A stretch of DNA of 64,000 nucleotides, from assembly GCA_965116025.1 (NCBI GenBank), contig OZ220480.1, positions 1,760,001-1,824,000 of the forward strand, given 5' to 3'. Below are positions 61,217-64,000 of the stretch, in pieces. Positions within the stretch are counted from its first letter, which is position 1; each line of letters starts with the position of its first letter. This DNA comes from an uncultured candidatus Porisulfidus sp. GTDB taxonomy: Bacteria; Pseudomonadota; Gammaproteobacteria; Poriferisulfidales; Poriferisulfidaceae. The notes under the pieces are model-generated. The model worked only from the letters and a program-made list of their open reading frames with translations, did not search any database and was not told the origin of the DNA. The position numbers and the translations under genes are program-made.

Positions 61217-62335
61217 TCACCGGCACGCGGGGGGATCCTCATCCAGCCTGTCTTTCGCCAGAAGCACCTGCCACAACTGGCTCTGGCGCGCCCGAAAGGA
61301 ACCGGCGCAACAACTGAGGTAGTAGCGCCATATTCGGAAAAACCTCTCGTCGTACTTGCCGCGCAAAGACTCCCACGCGCTCTCGAAATTGGCCCTCCAC
61401 GCCATGAGGGTGCGGTCGTAGTCTCGACCGAAGCCGTGCCAATCCTCCATCACGAACAACCCCTCGATGGACTGCCCGACCTGTCGGATCGAAGGCGTCA
61501 TTCCATGCGGAAAGATATAGCGATTGATCCAGGGGTCCGTGCTCACCCCCGTAGTGTTTCGGCCAATGGTGTGGAGGAGAAAACGCCCGCAGGACGGTAA
61601 CAAATCGTACACCTTGCGCATGAAGGATCGATAATTTTTATAGCCGACATGCTCGAACATCCCGATGGAATACGCCGCGTCGAAGGTTTCGCTTGACGAC
61701 AAATCCCGATAATCTCGATGCAGTATGCGCACCGCATGTCCCGCGCAGTGCTCGCGCGCGAGCTTGGCCTGCTCTCTCGATAAGGTCACCCCAACCACCT
61801 CCACTCCGTAACGCTCAGCGAAAAACCGGCAAGCCCCACCCCATCCGCATCCAATATCCAAGACCTTGGCGTGTGGCTGGAGATCCAGCTTGCAAGCGAT
61901 CAACTCCAACTTGGCTTCTTGCGCCTCATCCAGAGTCTCGGCGTTCCGCCAATAGCCACAGGAATAGATCATCCTTTGATCCAGCATCGCGCGATACAAG
62001 TCATTTCCCACGTCGTAATGCTTCCGCGCGACCCGTTTGGAACGTCTCCGGCTCTGCATGTTCAGCATTCGGGAAAGCCCCATGATCTTGAACTGGTTCA
62101 GGCCGATGACCCGATGGTCGAGCCCGACTCTCAGTACTCGCGCGAAAAACTCGTCCAGCGCCGCGCAATCCCACCAGCCATCCATATAGGCTTCCCCCAG
62201 GCCGAGCGAGCCCCGCGAGAAGATTCGCCAATACAGCCGCGGGTTTCGCACCTGCATATCCCAAGGCTGGGAACCATTCTCCTCAATCCCGGCGAGAGCC
62301 AGAATTCTCAGTGCCCAATTCCTCGCGATGGACAT
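61217..62335 (-). CDS. cfa: Cyclopropane fatty acyl phospholipid synthase
   Basis: GEAYMDGWW, HYDVGNDL, YSCGYW, DIGCGWG, GMFEHVG. Confidence 0.95.
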   Translation of the reverse strand: MSIARNWALRILALAGIEENGSQPWDMQVRNPRLYWRIFSRGSLGLGEAYMDGWWDCAALDEFFARVLRVGLDHRVIGLNQFKIMGLSRMLNMQSRRRSKRVARKHYDVGNDLYRAMLDQRMIYSCGYWRNAETLDEAQEAKLELIACKLDLQPHAKVLDIGCGWGGACRFFAERYGVEVVGVTLSREQAKLAREHCAGHAVRILHRDYRDLSSSETFDAAYSIGMFEHVGYKNYRSFMRKVYDLLPSCGRFLLHTIGRNTTGVSTDPWINRYIFPHGMTPSIRQVGQSIEGLFVMEDWHGFGRDYDRTLMAWRANFESAWESLRGKYDERFFRIWRYYLSCCAGSFRARQSQLWQVLLAKDRLDEDPPACR

Positions 62336-62337
62336 TT

Positions 62338-62904
62338 TCAGGTCTCGTCCGCCAGCGCGAACTGATGCGTTCGCACTCTCCATCCATCGCCACGAGGCGT
62401 CAGCATCAGACAGGAAGGCCCCTCGTGAACTCGCACCCGGCCCGCCGCGCCCGGATTCAAGACCCACGGAAGACGCTCTTGGTCGCGAACCAGCCGGTGC
62501 GTGTGTCCATAAACGATGATTCGGGCCTCAGGCCAGGATTCTCTCAGGCTCCGATGCGCTGGCTCCGCGCCAAACTGATCGCCGTGCGTCACCACCAGCG
62601 TCCCGCCCGGAAGCGGCAACTCGGCAACTCTAGGCAAAAAATCTCCACTGGTGTCCTTGCCCCCCGCGTCATTGTTTCCCGCCACCGCGAGAACCCGTTT
62701 TCGCCCTACCAGTCCCTCGAGGGTTTCCAGCACCGACGTTCCCATGATGTCGCCAGCGTGCACGATAAAGTCGGCGCTCTCCAGAACCGCCTGAATTTTC
62801 GGATGAATCCATCCATGCGTATCCGATAGGATCCCTATTTGGACATCCTGACGGGAGGTCACCGCCTCTTCGAAGCGGGCCGTGACCCAAGACTCGTTCT
62901 CCAT
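62338..62904 (-). CDS. Metallophosphoesterase (YfcE/MJ0936 family)
   Basis: SDTHG, HAGD, GNND, THG, GHTH, NPG. Confidence 0.9.
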   Translation of the reverse strand: MENESWVTARFEEAVTSRQDVQIGILSDTHGWIHPKIQAVLESADFIVHAGDIMGTSVLETLEGLVGRKRVLAVAGNNDAGGKDTSGDFLPRVAELPLPGGTLVVTHGDQFGAEPAHRSLRESWPEARIIVYGHTHRLVRDQERLPWVLNPGAAGRVRVHEGPSCLMLTPRGDGWRVRTHQFALADET

Positions 62905-63800
62905 ATTTCTCCTTATTGAAAAGCGTCCACAAACTTCGTCGCCCGTCGCTGGCGGCAAAAATTCCCGGGTCGCTCGCGTTTTTTGATCCACTTCTCTCGC
63001 GCTCTTGGCACCAGCTTTGGCGAATCTCTTCCAAACAGAACCGGTTCCGAGAATCGCGTTACGGACTCGAGTGGGCTGTCCTCATTATCCACCAATCGCC
63101 ATTTCCGCTCTGGTGGTGGATCGATCACACCCTTGAGCTTCTGGTTTCTAGGAATCGCCCGGAAATCGTTCAGAGCTCCACCAAGCATCTCGAACAACCA
63201 AAGGATTCGTTTCAAAGGCGATCTCTCGGCGAGGTTGGTCGAGCAGTTTTTCAGGCACGATGCATCGTGGGGAGCGAGCCACGGATCAGGGCGGAGGCGA
63301 TCGCTGAAGCGGACGATATCCCTGCGCCAACGAGACTGGAACATGCTGCCGAGAGTCAACTTCACCGGTTGAGCGGAAGAGGCCTGATGAGGCGAGAAAT
63401 ACTTCGCGATGGTGCTCATGGCGCATGCGCTTGCGAACGCCATTTTATCGCACCAAAGGGAGTCTGGGGTCGCGTAGCCGATTTCGATTCCACGATGGAC
63501 ATGGCCAGCTCGAAGCCGCCTGATGTATACTGCACCACACGAGGCACGGATCTGAGGCGCGAACACGCTAGGAGGCCGTGCTTTTTTACTAGTCACAGCG
63601 AAAAACACTCGTGCTCGGCCATTCACTCATGTCGCGCATCGGCATCTGCCGAGTGAGAGACTTTTCGCGCCCGCCCTGCGTAGGCGTCATACGCGAAATC
63701 GTGGACACGAACTTTCCGAATCCACGTCGCGCCTCGCGCGCCATAGGGCCTGATGCGATCCAACGCATGGCGGGTATTCCGCAACCGTTGAAGGATAACC

Positions 63801-64000
63801 ATGAAACGAATTCTCGTGAACGCCACGCAGCCGGAAGAGTTGCGCGTGGCCATGGTCGATGGCCAAGAGCTATACGACCTCAATATTGAGCTTACGGAGA
63901 ACAAGCAAAAGAAATCGAACATCTACAAAGCCAAAATCGTTCGCCTCGAGCCTAGCCTCGAAGCGGCCTTCGTGGATTATGGCGCGCCGCGCCATGGGTT
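63801..64000 (+). CDS. rne: Ribonuclease E, N-terminus (truncated by the window end)
   Basis: Manual translation [27 protein letters not shown]...[22 protein letters not shown]; AAGGA RBS. Confidence 0.95.
   Translation, partial: MKRILVNATQPEELRVAMVDGQELYDLNIELTENKQKKSNIYKAKIVRLEPSLEAAFVDYGAPRHG

Overview
GC-rich gammaproteobacterial chromosome segment, probably from a sulfide oxidiser (fccAB present). The housekeeping backbone is: ccmA-I run together with lolC/E-lolD, napC-type cytochrome, fccAB, mfd-csiV, mscS-nagZ, rarA-lolA-ftsK/trxB, a GldA/F/G-like ABC system, the Gly-Cys-Leu tRNA cluster, aceA-icd, tRNA-Ser, degQ-mrdA-rodA-mltB-rlpA-dac-dat-lipB-lipA, cfa and the start of rne. Three accessory defence islands interrupt it. 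(1) ~1.3-6.0 kb: an R-M pair with both genes broken, plus three antitoxin-like genes without toxins. (2) ~15.26-20.6 kb: a fused type IIG-like R-M gene and an IS1595 remnant, bracketed by a 48-nt duplicate of the 5' end of a Dam-family methylase, followed by a NotI-family endonuclease. (3) ~29.1-33.7 kb: an IS30-derived miniature element and an AT-rich PHP-ATPase + Schlafen/AlbA_2 operon. The best-supported unusual item is a 217-nt group I intron in the anticodon of tRNA-Leu(UAA). The best candidates for uncharacterised systems are the PHP-ATPase/Schlafen pair and a MotA/ExbB-like + coiled-coil ExbD-like motor pair upstream of the Gld-like ABC transporter. All assignments come from motif recognition by eye; no database searches were run.
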